Shown in pieces: positions 42,833-53,563 of a stretch of DNA of 64,000 nt. The position numbers and the translations under genes are program-made. The notes under the pieces are model-generated. The model saw nothing but the letters and a program-made list of their open reading frames with translations. It was not told the origin of the DNA and searched no databases. The DNA is taken from contig OY759353.1 of assembly GCA_963662315.1 (NCBI GenBank), forward strand, positions 4,384,001 through 4,448,000, in the 5' to 3' direction. Source of the DNA: Geopsychrobacteraceae bacterium (GTDB lineage Bacteria; Desulfobacterota; Desulfuromonadia; Desulfuromonadales; Geopsychrobacteraceae). The first letter of the stretch is position 1; every line of letters starts with the position of its first letter.

Positions 42833-44101
42833 CTAATGCTGTTTTGCCAACAGCCCTCCCATAAATATCTGAGGAGCGGAACATCCCCAACCGACATTCC
42901 CTTCCAACAGCAACGGTCCCTCATCTGACATGGCCCAATCCCAGGCAATTGATTTTATCTCCGGAAAGCAGCTATGGGCCTTATGACTGTGAGCGACCAC
43001 CTGCTCCCAGCCTGAAAGTCTGCCAATCTGTTTGGTCAAACTTTCAATGTGGGAAACCCGCTCCCGAATACGATTATCTCCCCAAATCTCTTTGATAGCA
43101 GATTCAATGAGCCCTGTTGTGGGATTGATCTGAAGAATGGCATAACAGGTCCTGTTTTTCTCATTCACCCCTGCTGGAACTTCCAACGTGGCACATAAAC
43201 ACGATAGGTGACTGGCTGCCGAAGCGACTGCACTTTTCTGCCACTGACTAATGTAACGGATGGTAATAATCTCATCGTTCCAGGCTAAGGGAGCAAGGGT
43301 AGGGTGGTTTTGTAAGCAGGGTTGAACAAGCACCGTATCGAGTTGAAGTAAGTTTTTCCAGGCCTGCTCAACCGCAGCAGTATCGACCAGATGTTCACCA
43401 CTAAAACAGTGACCTTTCAGTCCGGACTCTGCCCGCCAGGCAGCAAATGCCCCCCGCCCTTGATTGCCGCTGTTCATCTTGCAGAAAACTCTGCCGTTTT
43501 CGTCAATGAAATTGTTGAGAGACCGGGTCTGCTTGTCGTTCATAGCAACTTTGGCAATTGTTTTGACAACTGGGATTCCCTCATTGCTTAAGCGATTTGC
43601 CAGCCGGTCCTTGCTTTGGAGACAACAAGATGACGCTGGTGTGTAGCCCAGAGCTTCATTACGCCATGAGTGATAGGCTTGCGTTTCTGTCAGGAAAACA
43701 TAATCAAGGGCTTTGTGAGGTTCGCGGTAAAGCCTGTATTGGTAGCTCTCTGACGGTGGAATTGACCATAGCAGGGCAAGCTTCAGAATTCGCCGGAATT
43801 GTGTCTTGCGGGGGATGTCTTCTTCTGCTTCCACAACCGGTGCCAGACGACCGGTAACCTTTTGGCAGTTCGGAATTGCGTGACGAAAAATCCAGCGTAG
43901 CCACAGAAATAATTCGACACCACACCAGATGATCCGTGGCCACCGCGTGCCGCTATGCCACCAGATCCGGCGGTGCTGAAGGACAAGCTCATTCTGCCCA
44001 GGCCAGAAATAAGCCGGACCGAGCAGGCCATGGGGCAGATGGCGCCTGAGAACTTCACGCTGCAAATAATGCCAGAGGCGTATGTGGAGTTGGGGCTTCA
44101 C
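42833..44101 (-). CDS. ATP-grasp protein (sugar-transfer-associated type)
   Basis: FCKMNSGNQGRG, VQPCLQNHP and IAWDWA...GPLLLEGN motifs. Confidence 0.75.
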   Translation of the reverse strand: MKPQLHIRLWHYLQREVLRRHLPHGLLGPAYFWPGQNELVLQHRRIWWHSGTRWPRIIWCGVELFLWLRWIFRHAIPNCQKVTGRLAPVVEAEEDIPRKTQFRRILKLALLWSIPPSESYQYRLYREPHKALDYVFLTETQAYHSWRNEALGYTPASSCCLQSKDRLANRLSNEGIPVVKTIAKVAMNDKQTRSLNNFIDENGRVFCKMNSGNQGRGAFAAWRAESGLKGHCFSGEHLVDTAAVEQAWKNLLQLDTVLVQPCLQNHPTLAPLAWNDEIITIRYISQWQKSAVASAASHLSCLCATLEVPAGVNEKNRTCYAILQINPTTGLIESAIKEIWGDNRIRERVSHIESLTKQIGRLSGWEQVVAHSHKAHSCFPEIKSIAWDWAMSDEGPLLLEGNVGWGCSAPQIFMGGLLAKQH

Positions 44102-44109
44102 AGGGAGCC

Positions 44110-44970
44110 TTAAACCGGTTGACCATCAGAATCAAGATAGCCGAAGCGAGTCATTACCTCGCCATGATCGGCAATGATGCGTTCAACTTGCTCAGCGGTC
44201 AGTTTGTCGCGCCAGCCATTACTCTTTCCTTGTCTGAAAAAGTGCTCTGTATTTGGTGGCTTTTCCCGAAAACCCTTCTCCCGTTCCTGAGCCGCCAACA
44301 GTTTGAAGTCACTGAAACGGATGGCTTTGTCGATGCGTGCCGGATCGTCAGGAAGAGCTAAAAATTTGACGGCCCGGGTAAAGGTTAATACCGGGTTCTG
44401 GAGCATATCTTCATAGCGAATCACTTCGATATTCAAATCTGGCGCATCGACCCAACTGAGGACATGCTCAGACCAACTGAGCAATTTCTGCCGGACCTGA
44501 TTGGGCAGGCTTTTCCGCGTTTTGCACAACGCGTGTGTCGGCTCGCTCATGCGCGTAATGGCATCATCGATACTGGAGTTGTTGTGATTCGCGTAGGACG
44601 GAGCGACATCCAACGGGTTGCGTAGTAGATATAGTGCTCCCAGAGTGGCTTGCTGACTGACCAAAGGCTCACCATCCAGCGTGAAGGTGTAAGCATCGTG
44701 GATTTTGTGATAACCAACTTCTTTGTTACGCAGTGTCCAGCGATACACCTCAGGACGTAACCGGTCCATTTCATCAGGATCAAGCTCAGCACTGTCAAAT
44801 CCCAGGATTTCGTCCAGCCAGCCCCGACCACTGGCAATCTCTCCTGTGTTCAGCTCATTGATGTCGACCGGTTCATCCCCATCTTCCCACAGGTTCCGCA
44901 GAAATGTTCGAAACCAGGTGTTGCCCGACTTGGGATAAGAGGCCAGCCAGTAGATGCCACCCATAATCAA
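44110..44970 (-). CDS. PAPS-dependent sulfotransferase
   Basis: WLASYPKSGNTW (5'-PSB), RNPLDVA.S (3'-PB), RYEDM and FFRQG motifs. Confidence 0.92.
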   Translation of the reverse strand: MIMGGIYWLASYPKSGNTWFRTFLRNLWEDGDEPVDINELNTGEIASGRGWLDEILGFDSAELDPDEMDRLRPEVYRWTLRNKEVGYHKIHDAYTFTLDGEPLVSQQATLGALYLLRNPLDVAPSYANHNNSSIDDAITRMSEPTHALCKTRKSLPNQVRQKLLSWSEHVLSWVDAPDLNIEVIRYEDMLQNPVLTFTRAVKFLALPDDPARIDKAIRFSDFKLLAAQEREKGFREKPPNTEHFFRQGKSNGWRDKLTAEQVERIIADHGEVMTRFGYLDSDGQPV

Positions 44971-45893
44971 GGATTCCCTTCGATATCGGCAAGAATGGTG
45001 TCGATCATTTCATCCAAAGTAAAACCGATTCTGGGGCGAGTGACACGTGCTAGACGAATGCGCCCGGCCAGTTGGCCACATAATTGAAGATGGTCAGGTT
45101 TCAGTGCCATCCCTTCAAGAAAACGCACCCGATAAGTATTGTTGCGCAGAGGCTGAAACCTTTGCATCCCTTGAATCGGCTCAATTGTGATACCTTTAAC
45201 ATCACGACTGCCAAGAATGTAGATCCAGCGGATTGGAAGTGCCTGTGTAGCGCTTTCCCTCTCCACGGGCAAATTGTATTTCTGCAGATTGGGGCGGATA
45301 CGGCGTAACGCTTCGGTTTCGATGTCGAGCTTGTCAGCGACATCCTGCCACAGTTTGATGCGTGGAAAGCCGGGCAGAGCACAGCACTGAGAGTCTACCG
45401 GGATGACATCATCAGCCAGAACCTGATAACCACGCTGCATGAATCCAGCGGCCAGCGTCGATTTGCCCGCTCCAGAATGTCCGACACACACCATACACTG
45501 ATCGCCGATACGGATCGCGTTGCCATGCAAGACCAGGTGCCCGCGCTGAAACAAAAGAGCACCGAAGGCTGAACCCAATAGAAAAACGCGAACACTGTCT
45601 TCATCAATCTCAGGTTCGGGATCGATGACAATCTCTGTGCCGTTGGAAACAAGAAAACGGGCCACATGTGGCACCTGCAGCCACAGACTGGTCGGGCTGA
45701 CCCAGAGAAACGGGCCCAACTGTTCGCCGTTTTCAATTCCACCATCAGAGACCTTGCCCAGTTTAATGGTAATATCGGTCTCTGTTGTTGACGGGTTGAT
45801 CAGTGGAGTCAGTTCTGGCAAGGGCAGTTCGCTGGCTATTGTCAGACTGTATGCGCTATGAAAATTCATTGTATTTGCATGGGTTGTAATCAA
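44967..45893 (-). CDS. HPr-kinase-like lasso peptide kinase
   Basis: LVLHGNA, GHSGAGKSTLAA Walker A, LADDV, PGFPRIKLW. Confidence 0.88.
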   Translation of the reverse strand: MITTHANTMNFHSAYSLTIASELPLPELTPLINPSTTETDITIKLGKVSDGGIENGEQLGPFLWVSPTSLWLQVPHVARFLVSNGTEIVIDPEPEIDEDSVRVFLLGSAFGALLFQRGHLVLHGNAIRIGDQCMVCVGHSGAGKSTLAAGFMQRGYQVLADDVIPVDSQCCALPGFPRIKLWQDVADKLDIETEALRRIRPNLQKYNLPVERESATQALPIRWIYILGSRDVKGITIEPIQGMQRFQPLRNNTYRVRFLEGMALKPDHLQLCGQLAGRIRLARVTRPRIGFTLDEMIDTILADIEGNP

Positions 45894-45924
45894 TTGAAAA
45901 CCTTGTGACTGAGGTTCTTTATGT

Positions 45925-46437
45925 TTATTTGACGTACTGGCTCAGAGCGCCACCTGATTTTGCGATGCACGGTGACAAGAAGCAACCAACGACAGTAAAG
46001 CAATTAAAACTGACGCCTCCGGTTACAGCAACTCGGCCGGTGACCACCCAGGCATGGGCTTTTAGCTCACTACTGTCAGGGTCTTTCATCAGGCCAAAGT
46101 AGAGAACATAAGGAATGTGATAAAGCCCCAGCAGTAAACGGGCGGCGACCGCCTGAGGAAAACAATTGGAGTCCCAGGGTGTATAGCGAGCTGTCAATGC
46201 GACCAGTCGCGCAATTTGCCGGGCACGTTGCTCTTCAGCGCTGTTTACCAGTGGCACAAAAGGAGCTATGCTTGTACTGACGCCCAACAATGGCGCAAGA
46301 CGTCGGAACGAAACGGTGAAAATTGCAGTCTTGGCAATTCCCAACAAAACCCAGGCGGGGAGGAACCAGAATTTTGTCCAGAGCGGCTTGCGCAAGAAAT
46401 TAATGGCTTTGCGCTTAAAGGTGCGGAGTGCTGACAC
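45925..46437 (-). CDS. Lasso peptide leader peptidase (B2, transglutaminase-like)
   Basis: NCFPQA catalytic Cys and AHAWV His motif. Confidence 0.9.
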   Translation of the reverse strand: MSALRTFKRKAINFLRKPLWTKFWFLPAWVLLGIAKTAIFTVSFRRLAPLLGVSTSIAPFVPLVNSAEEQRARQIARLVALTARYTPWDSNCFPQAVAARLLLGLYHIPYVLYFGLMKDPDSSELKAHAWVVTGRVAVTGGVSFNCFTVVGCFLSPCIAKSGGALSQYVK

Positions 46438-46443
46438 AAATAA

Positions 46444-46731
46444 CTACACTCCCTCTGGGCTGCTGACCAGATCGTGCGTTTCCAGTTCGTCAAGAAACCT
46501 TGCCATGTCAGTCTGGCAGGTTTGTTGATCGACATCAAACTCTGCGCAGATAGTTGAGACAATCGTCTCTAGGGTGACCGGGTTTTCCAGTAACTCCCAC
46601 ACCCGTGAACCGACACCGCTGATACCATAATACTCGCCGTTCTCAATGCTCATCATAACGGTGTCGCCATCCATATCGGCAGCCACAAGGTTGGAGCTGC
46701 GGAGGTAGTGTTTATCAGTGTTTGTTGTCAT
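46444..46731 (-). CDS. RiPP recognition element (PqqD-like, lasso B1)
   Basis: DGDTVMMSIENGEYYG...VGSRVWELL...EFDVD..TC..D...FL..L. Confidence 0.92.
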   Translation of the reverse strand: MTTNTDKHYLRSSNLVAADMDGDTVMMSIENGEYYGISGVGSRVWELLENPVTLETIVSTICAEFDVDQQTCQTDMARFLDELETHDLVSSPEGV

Positions 46732-46796
46732 TACTTATCGTCTTTCATTGGCATGTATAGTATTTTGCGGGGATGCCCCCTGCGACCAGGATCGTT

Positions 46797-46840
46797 TTAT
46801 TCTACCGAAATATCTGCCTGATTGTCATCGGTAGAATAAA
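46797..46840. repeat. Inverted repeat upstream of the lasso operon
   Basis: tttattctaccga / tcggtagaataaa arms; operator or terminator role unknown. Confidence 0.5.
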
Positions 46841-47392
46841 GGCAAACCTCAGAGGAATCAAATATTTTTCGGATGAAGATAAGGGCAATGATTGGGATTG
46901 GTATTGTTGAAGCCATAACGGAGAAACGCACTAGGCCGTTATAACTTAGCAATTATGACGTGCCAGCAGGTGACTCACTACTTCACGGACTGCTGTCGTC
47001 AAATGCCCTGTCAAAAGTCTGTTCCCCCTCATCTGAGGATATTTGATTGAGAGCTTTTGCTGTTGTTGGGCATGATATAATCTGACATTGCCTACTAGAT
47101 TAGATCTAGATTTTATGAATCCAGTACGGCGCACCTTTCTGGTGAGATTGCAGGGTAGGCTACCCCAAAAAGCACTTAGCAACTTATCTATTAAGAGTTT
47201 GATTTTATTATATCTGTTAGTCGGATTTGAGTTGAAGCGCTACTGATTACGGGATATTTAGTGCGTAAGGCGCAAGCTTTCAATTTTAAAGAGGTTTTTT
47301 TTCTGTTTTTGCATGAGTAATGCTGGTTCTGAAATTCTCTGAAAAGTTAATAAAAAAAGCACTTAACGAAAATCGCTAAGTGCTTGAATTTA

Positions 47393-47444
47393 TGGAGCCG
47401 CTAATCCGATTTGAACGGACGACCTACTGATTACGAATCAGTTG
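47393..47444 (-). repeat. att site: 52-bp duplicate of the tRNA-Thr 3' portion
   Basis: tggagccgctaatccgatttgaacggacgacctactgattacgaatcagttg, identical to 56648-56699. Confidence 0.97.
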
Positions 47445-47593
47445 ATTTATGCTCTCTCCCAGTTTCACATTCCATCACATGTCTCTATCAATAACGCTTA
47501 AATGCTGACGTTGACAGCTTTTTTATCTTCATATATCATCAGTTGGTATTAGATATATTCACACGAAAAGCTGGGAGATGATTGGGAGAGCTT

Positions 47594-48773
47594 ATGGCTG
47601 TGAAGTGGGAGAAAACAAGATCAACTGGCGTCCGGTGCTATAAGCATGATACGCGCAAGCATGGTGTGAAGTTTGATGTGTATTACGCTATCCGTTATCA
47701 AGTCGATGGTAAGACTAAGGAGGAGGGGCTGGGCTAGTGATGGGTGGTCTGAGTCCAAGGCCAGGGATACTAGGGCCGAGCTTGTTGCTAATAATAAAGC
47801 CGGAGAGGGGCCACGAACTTTGAAAGATAAGCGGCGGCAGCAGTCCTTGCTGTCTGACGCTGCGCCTACGTTTGAGAAGGTTGCTAAAGAGTTCCTGGCG
47901 GCGAAGGCGTCCGAACTGCGGACTAAGACGTTGGAGGAGTATGAGCGAGACTTGCCTCATTTGATGGACTGGGAACCCTCAAAGGGAACTGGTATTCTGA
48001 GGGGATGGAAGTTCTGTGATGTGAAGCGGCGGCACCTTGCTATGAGGATTAACGAACTCGCCGAGCGCTCCCAGTCTCACGCTAAAAACATTCGTGCTGC
48101 GGTGTCGTCGTTATACACATGGGCGAAGGAAGAGCCGCACTGTTATGCTGAAATAAACTTGGTTACCGAAATCAAAGCGCCTAAGGCTCCTGAACCTCGT
48201 GAGCGATTCTTGAATGACGCAGAGGTTGGCAAGCTCTGGTGTAAACTGCAAACGGCAGAGGGTGAGCCTGAGATGATCCGTTGTGTTAAGTTCGCATTGA
48301 TTACAGGGGTCAGGATCTCTGACGCAAGGCGAATGACTACTGCGGAGATTGACGGCGATTGGTGGGAAATACCTCGAGCGCGGTTCAAGGGAAAGCGTAG
48401 TAATCGAGTCTATTTGACGGGTACCGCAAAATCTCTGATCGGAGATAGTGGGCCGGTTGTGTTCCCGAGTATCAAGAAGGGGAATGGGAAGCCGTATGAT
48501 GTGTCGTCGTTTTCGCACTGGTTGGCTGCTCGAGAATACTTCGGTCTGAAGCGCTTTACCTGTCATGACTTCAGGCGGACTATAACGACTGGACTGCAGC
48601 GGCAGAAAGTATCGTTGGCTGATGCGTCTGTTACGATAGGACACAGGCCGTCGGGAGTGACAAGTAGACACTATTCCAAATACGACTATGAGGACGAGAT
48701 ACAGGCGGCTCTGATCAAGTGGGAGACCCATGTATTGCGGTGCGCTGAGGACGCCAGCACCACCGGTGACTAA
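47594..48773 (+). pseudogene. Tyrosine integrase with a frameshift near 47726-47737
   Basis: Frame 1 MAVKWEKT..DVYYAIRYQVDGKTKEEGLG* continues in another frame as WASDGWSESKA; catalytic R(TGVRISD), K, HDFRR, GH and Y intact. Confidence 0.85.
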
Positions 48774-49049
48774 TAGTTATATAGGGCCTCATTTTCATTT
48801 TTCCGGGTTGCTGGTACCCTTTTGGCAGGCTGAAAACCTGTGCAGTTTGATGGGGGTGGCCCCTACCTAAACCATTTAACGCGAAGATATACTATATATA
48901 GATCGTTTTGGGTCAACGCGAGGAAAAGAGGGGGTTGCGCGGATAGTACAGCTCAAGTATTCAACCCCAGCCCCCACCTGCGTAGGATGGGGGCTGTGAG
49001 GTCCTGAGCGCCTCTGTGCTGCACGATCAGGGGCCGGGAGGTAGTTTAC

Positions 49050-49619
49050 CTAGGGTTGTTTTTGGGCTTTTGCATCTTTTAAGATCCGGTACACTGACGC
49101 TTGACTGATGCCAAGAGTCTCTGCAATCTTTGCCTTGGTAAACCCTGCCTGTCCCAGCTTGATGACCTCGTCGGCCTTCTTACGCGCAGTCTTCTGACGG
49201 CCAGTATATTTGCCCTCTGACTTAGCGCGTTCGATCCCTGCACGCTGGCGCTCTATCATCATACTTCGTTCGAACGTCGCTACCGCTCCGAGGATCTCAA
49301 GCATAAGCTTACCGGTCGGACTGGCTGTATCGATTGGTGAGTTTAACGCGGTGAACTTAACACCTCTGCGGTCCAGATCCTCTACCATGTTTAAGAGGTC
49401 TGTGGTGCTACGTGCTGCACGGTCAACCTTAGCGACTATGACATGATCGCCAGTGCGTACCTGGGACAGGAGCTTGGCTAACTCGGGTCGGTCTTTGGCG
49501 GACTTTGTACCGCTGATCTTCTCGCTGAATATTTGATCACAACCAGCAGCTTCAAGCTCTTTGAGCTGGCCGTCTAAGTTCTGGTCTATGGTTGAGACCC
49601 TCGCATAACCATACTTCAT
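49050..49619 (-). CDS. Serine recombinase (resolvase/invertase) with C-terminal HTH
   Basis: YGYARVST..QNLD.Q, KVDRAARS, FER.M..ERQ.AGI and HTH. Confidence 0.95.
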   Translation of the reverse strand: MKYGYARVSTIDQNLDGQLKELEAAGCDQIFSEKISGTKSAKDRPELAKLLSQVRTGDHVIVAKVDRAARSTTDLLNMVEDLDRRGVKFTALNSPIDTASPTGKLMLEILGAVATFERSMMIERQRAGIERAKSEGKYTGRQKTARKKADEVIKLGQAGFTKAKIAETLGISQASVYRILKDAKAQKQP

Positions 49620-49922
49620 GTTGGTGTCTCCTTATCATATGGGTTTAGATACTCCTGAGAGTGTCTCACATGGGTCTAGAGATCAAGCTGAATATGAGAG
49701 TAGAACTTTACGATATTGGTACTCGCACTGGGGCATGCCCTACTGCGAGCAATGATAACCCATAAGGATTGGAAGTTTGTTGACCTAACAAAAACGGAAG
49801 GCATGGGGAATTGACAAGGCCACCTCTCCCACCAGATCTCATATAAAATTCTACTTGTGTTTCATGTAATCAGTGATTCAATTAGTTATTGATATCTATA
49901 CCGATGCCAACACGGAGGGGCT

Positions 49923-52900
49923 ATGCCAACGCGTTCAATTAAAGTCAAGCTAGTAGTTCCACGGAATCAGAGCGAAAGACATATTCGAGAAGACATCTGG
50001 ACAACCCACCAAGTTATTAACCAAGCGGTTCGGTACTATGAAAAGATGCTCCTTATCATGAGAGGGCAACACTATGCAATTGCCGAGGGCCAGGAAGTCT
50101 CTCAAGATGTGGTTCAGCAACAGCTGGACAACCTCATTCAAGAAGCACGACGACGTAATAAACAAAGCAAATCCTGGACAAAAATAGACAACGATAAGGC
50201 AAAGGGATTACTACGTGACCTCTACACAGCTATCGTCCCCTCCTGCATAGGCGAGAAGGGCAGTGCCCAAAATGCCAATGGTTTTATAGGCCCATTAACT
50301 GATCGGGAGAGTTTGGGATATCTCTCAGTCTTCGACAAGATTCGAGTCCCGCCGGACTGGCTCGACAGAGCTCGTGATGGCGCTTCTGACGCACTTAGCG
50401 CCGCTGAACAATGGTTAAAAAGCGAGGATGGTAAAGAACGATTAAGTCCATCGGGAGCTCCTCCTAAATGGGTCAAGTTAGCCAAAGATCAAAAGGATTG
50501 GATCCCTGCTTTTATTGAAGACTATGACAGGAAGCTAAAGGAAGCCGAAGGAGTACCAACCATTGTCAGAAGCCTCAAGAGTATGGGAGTCCTGCCGCTT
50601 TTCCCAGCGTACCTTGCTCCGCAAATTCAAAAATCGCAAGGAAAGCTGTCCCGCTGGGATCGCCTGTCGTTCCGCTTGGCCACTGCCCATCTGCTGTCAT
50701 GGGAGTCATGCTGCATTCTCACCGTGGAGGAGCATGACAAACGCATGAGTCGGCTTGAACAATTTACCCAGTCCCAGCTGAGTGAAAGCAACATCGAACC
50801 TGGCCTTGCCGCTCTTCGAAACTACTAGGCAGAGCGCTCAGCTGAATTAGAACGGGGGAGCCTTGGGTTGACTCGCCCTTTCCGCATCAACCGTCGCATG
50901 GCCAGGGGTTGGGACAGTCTTCGTGAAAAATGGACCCATGCAAACAACCAAGAAGAAGACCAACTCAGGACTATTTTGGCCAATGAACAAGCTCGGCTTG
51001 TCGGTAAGTTTGGCGATCCGCACCTGTTCATGTGGTTGGCTCGCCCAGAAAACCACACAGTATGGGCTGGCAGCAAAGATCTACTGACACTTTTTGCTCA
51101 CTATAACGCAATGTTGGCACTTACCGAGCGATCACGAGAGACAGCACTCATGACCCTTCCCGACCCACTGATGCATCCTCGCAGCGTCCAGTGGGAAGCT
51201 GAAGGCGGATCAAACCTCAAGAATTATAAGATAAGCAATTCAGGAGGCGATCTGTGGGTAGTGCTGCCGTTACTATCAAAGTCTGACGACAATCGTCTCA
51301 AAGACATTGAACATACGTTCCTAGTCGCCCCGTCAGGACAGTTCAGCCAGCCAGTTTTTCAACAGCAGGGGAAAAACATCCACACCACATATCGATCTTC
51401 TTCTGGTGAATTGTTTACCGGAATTATCGGAGCAGCGGATCTATTACTGGACTGGAGTTGGCTGCGAAATAAACCACTCTCGCAAATTAAGAATGGTCAC
51501 ATCGGTCCTGCCTTCCTTAAGGTATCCATTGATACTGATGCCAAGCTTCCTGATGGATGGACAGGTAAACGTCCGAAGATGGTCAATCATTTTCTATCGG
51601 CAAGAGGATCCGTCAAACACAGTCAGGAAGTGGTTCCTGGTCTTCGGGTTCTCTCTGTGGACCTTGGCATGCGTTCTTTTGCCGCATGCTCTGTCTTCAC
51701 ACTGACGGAATCACTGCCGGATCCGAATAAGTTTGCGTTGCCTATCGGCATAGATGGCCTGTGCGCTCTGCATGAACGGTCCTTCCTGCTTACTCTTCCA
51801 GGAGAAAACCCAGATCACAAGGTTCTCGAATGGAGACGTCAACAGGGCAGAGAACTTAGGTCACTGCGAAAGGGTCTAAACCGTTACCGAAGGCTATACC
51901 CTCTGGATGCATTGTCTGACCCGAAAGAGAGGAAACTGTATTTTGAGAGTCTCCTCAGTGAAGAGGCCGGCACGACTATCTGTTCGCATGAACAGGAGAT
52001 CTTTGACGCATTTACGGATAGCTACACCTGCTCTTCCGAGGAATGGCTGAACTCCTGTGAAGATCTCAGAACCCAGTATCGGCACTACCTTGGACGGCAA
52101 ATTGGGGAATGGCGACGGGATACTCGCAACCGGTCATTCAGAGGGGCCTCTGGAAAAACCTTATGGTCTATCGACTACCTGACGAATGTTCGGAAGCTTC
52201 TGGTCAGCTGGAGCCTATCGGGGCAGCGTTCTGGACAGATAAATCGTCTTGATCGTGCAAAACGTGGAATCTTTGCATCGGAACTTCTGGACCATATACA
52301 GGGACTCAAAGACGACCGGCTTAAAACAGGTGCGGATCTCCTAGTGCAAGCATCACGTGGGTACCTACGCAACCGCGAAGGTTGTTGGGAGAAAAGGTAT
52401 GTCCCCTGCCACATCGTCCTGTTCGAAGATTTGAGCAGATATCGCATGAAAACTGATCGGCCGCGCAGAGAAAACTCGAGCCTCATGCTCTGGTCACACC
52501 GTGCCATCCCCAATGAAGTTGCAATGCAGGGTGAAATATATGGCCTTAACACCTGCGATACAAGCGCGGACTTCTCCAGTCGTTATCATGCACGAACTCA
52601 GGCTCCAGGGGTCCGCTGCCACGCATTAACTCTTGGAGATATAAACGATCCTGTATTTATGAATATCCTCGCGACGGAAAACCCTGGCCTCGACCCAGTG
52701 AAACTAAAGGTTGGTGATCTAGTGCCGTTGCGCGGGGGGGAGTGGTTTGCTTCACTAAAGCAATGCCGTGTCAACACCATACACGCTGACATCAACGCTG
52801 CCCAGAACCTACAGAGACGCTTCTGGACGCGACATGCAGACGCATTCCGGATCCCCTGTCGTAAGCATGTGATTAACGATGAAGAACGATGGGTACCAAA

Positions 52901-53234
52901 ATCCATGGGTAAAAGACTGCGAGGCTCACTAGGAAGCTATGGCTGGCTTGTTCCCACTGGACACGATAGCGGTTCCTGTCGATGGGAAACCATCACACCC
53001 GGCAGGTATAAATCATTAGGTGGCGAAGTTCAGGACGATGACAGCATAGACGTGGATGCCCTCGAGGATAATACAGACGACGTACTCGAGGCTACGGGTC
53101 AGATAGTCGTGTTTTTCAGGGATCCGTCTGGAGAGGTAATGCCAGCAGACTTCTGGTATCCTGCCAAATCATTCTGGGGCATGGTTAAAGCTAAGACAGT
53201 AAAAGCATTAAAGGGTAAGAACTCAAGAGATTGA
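49923..53234 (+). CDS. cas12b: Type V-B CRISPR effector Cas12b (C2c1), interrupted by in-frame TAG at 50826-50828
   Basis: ORFs 49923-50828 and 50868-53234 are in one frame (1103 codons joined). N-terminus RSIKVKL..IWTTH..IN.AVRYY, HLLSWES, RuvC-I LRVLSVDLG, RuvC-II VLFEDLSRY, RuvC-III HADINAAQNLQRRFW; adjacent array. Confidence 0.9.
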
Positions 53235-53271
53235 AATTTTCTATTTAAGCGGTATATTTAATGAGTGTTGT

Positions 53272-53403
53272 GCTATAGGCGCATCCAAGATCGGCTGAAG
53301 TGCCCCGATGACGGACTCCATGCGGAGAGCAGACCGTCATCAACAGTCGAGACAACAGTCCGTTCTTTGTCAGCATGAATAGTAACTGCGCGCACCTATA
53401 GCG
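53272..53403 (+). ncRNA. Putative Cas12b tracrRNA
   Basis: GTGCC (53300-53304) complements repeat 3' GGCAC; partial anti-repeat 53355-53374; nested stems; ends approximate. Confidence 0.7.
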
Positions 53404-53563
53404 CTTGTCGTTTTTCGGGGAGATTCGCGGAATCGTAATCTGCTGGAATTTCAGGCATTCCAATACTAACCCTGCCCGGCAAGAGCTACTCACGCTATCG
53501 TGGACTGCTCTTCGCAAATTCTTACAGAAAAACCACATAATTTCAAAGAGATATGAGCGAGGA

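Noticed and set aside
46820..46920. Possible third lasso precursor upstream of the RRE gene
   Set aside because: The short minus-strand ORF lacks the YxxPxL leader and a Thr(-2)/acceptor pattern
47393..47444. Second tRNA-Thr gene
   Set aside because: Only the 3' 52 nt are present; the D-arm and 5' acceptor strand are missing, so it is an att site
49811..49850. TTGACA as the cas12b -35 box
   Set aside because: The nearest good -10 hexamer is about 25 bp away, outside normal spacing
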